From: Rhodobacter sp.
Lineage (GTDB): Bacteria; Pseudomonadota; Alphaproteobacteria; Rhodobacterales; Rhodobacteraceae
Assembly: GCA_030065095.1 (NCBI GenBank)
Contig: JASJDP010000006.1
Location: forward strand, 16,777-80,776
Length of the DNA: 64,000 bases
Direction of reading: 5' to 3'
In this document: piece by piece, positions 63,647 through 64,000 of the stretch
How the letters are laid out: each line of letters begins with the position of its first letter
How positions within the stretch are numbered: position 1 is the first letter of the stretch
Notes under the pieces: model-generated
The model's input: the letters and a program-made list of their open reading frames with translations, nothing else
What the model was told of the DNA's origin: nothing
The model's database searches: none
Made by a program: the position numbers and the translations under genes

Positions 63647-64000
63647 CTAGCGATGCAGTTCCGCGCCGACGATCTCTTCGATCACGCGGGTGCAGACCCA
63701 GTTGTCACCGTTCGGATACTTCGTCCGGCCTGCGTGAAAGATCTGCATCGCCGCCGCTGCCGTGTGCATCGGCACGCCCAGTTCTTCGGCGAAGCCCATC
63801 GAAATCGTCAGGTCCTTGTGCATCGTGTTGATATGACTGCCCGTGCCCTCGAACTGCCGGTCGATGATCTTCTGCAACGCGTTCGAGGTGATGCTGCAGC
63901 CCCCCGACGAGGTCGACACCACGTCATAGATCACCTGCCCCGAGACACCCGCCTTGGCCGCCAGCGCCGCCGCCTCGAAGGTGGCCGAGAACATCGCGCC
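63647..64000 (-). CDS. HIBADH-type (3-hydroxyisobutyrate/2-hydroxy-3-oxopropionate) dehydrogenase, C-terminal part; 5' end outside window
   Basis: The frame is open to the window end. C-terminal helical domain (MHKDLTISMGFAEELGVPMHTAAAAMQIF). Confidence 0.65.
   Translation of the reverse strand, partial: GAMFSATFEAAALAAKAGVSGQVIYDVVSTSSGGCSITSNALQKIIDRQFEGTGSHINTMHKDLTISMGFAEELGVPMHTAAAAMQIFHAGRTKYPNGDNWVCTRVIEEIVGAELHR

Overview
High-GC chromosome segment (about 62-65% G+C in hand-counted 60-nt lines). Gene content looks alphaproteobacterial (TRAP transporters, MucR/Ros, DUF3768), but the taxon cannot be proven from this sequence. Left flank (1-14.8 kb) is housekeeping and catabolic: an M24 hydrolase, a class-III aminotransferase, MarR, a decayed mannitol-dehydrogenase-family gene, uxaC, a TRAP transporter operon with an embedded M24 peptidase, LacI, a membrane-SDR/DUF4166 pair and a GbsR-type regulator. 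The centre (14861-58465) is a 43.55-kb genomic island in the 3' end of tRNA-Lys(UUU), bounded by perfect 51-bp direct repeats. It carries a P4-type integrase at one end and AlpA at the other, three further recombinases, and two divergent T4CP-like ATPase plus replication-relaxation modules with no T4SS, so it looks like a composite of mobilizable elements. It also carries two toxin-antitoxin pairs, a MucR paralogue and several cargo blocks. The most interesting cargo is a tightly coupled minus-strand operon at 21.1-24.7 kb: small repeat protein, HTH, all-alpha protein, membrane-tethered dUTPase/dCTP-deaminase-fold protein, 138-aa protein, Nmad2-like protein and UDG-superfamily protein. It converges on a nucleotidyl-cyclase-like palm protein, and I read it as an uncharacterised nucleotide-centric conflict or DNA-modification system. 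Other cargo: an AT-rich CFA-synthase-like methyltransferase plus polytopic membrane protein, a two-partner-secretion pair whose 1767-aa exoprotein has five 309-bp tandem repeats, a Bacteroidota-style hybrid two-component regulator, a FISUMP-domain protein, and an AT-rich vWA-TPR pair. Right flank (58.5-64 kb): dapF, mtaB, a PaiB-like protein, GST, a LysE exporter, a sugar-phosphate isomerase and a partial HIBADH-type dehydrogenase. All family assignments come from motif recognition by eye; no database search was possible.
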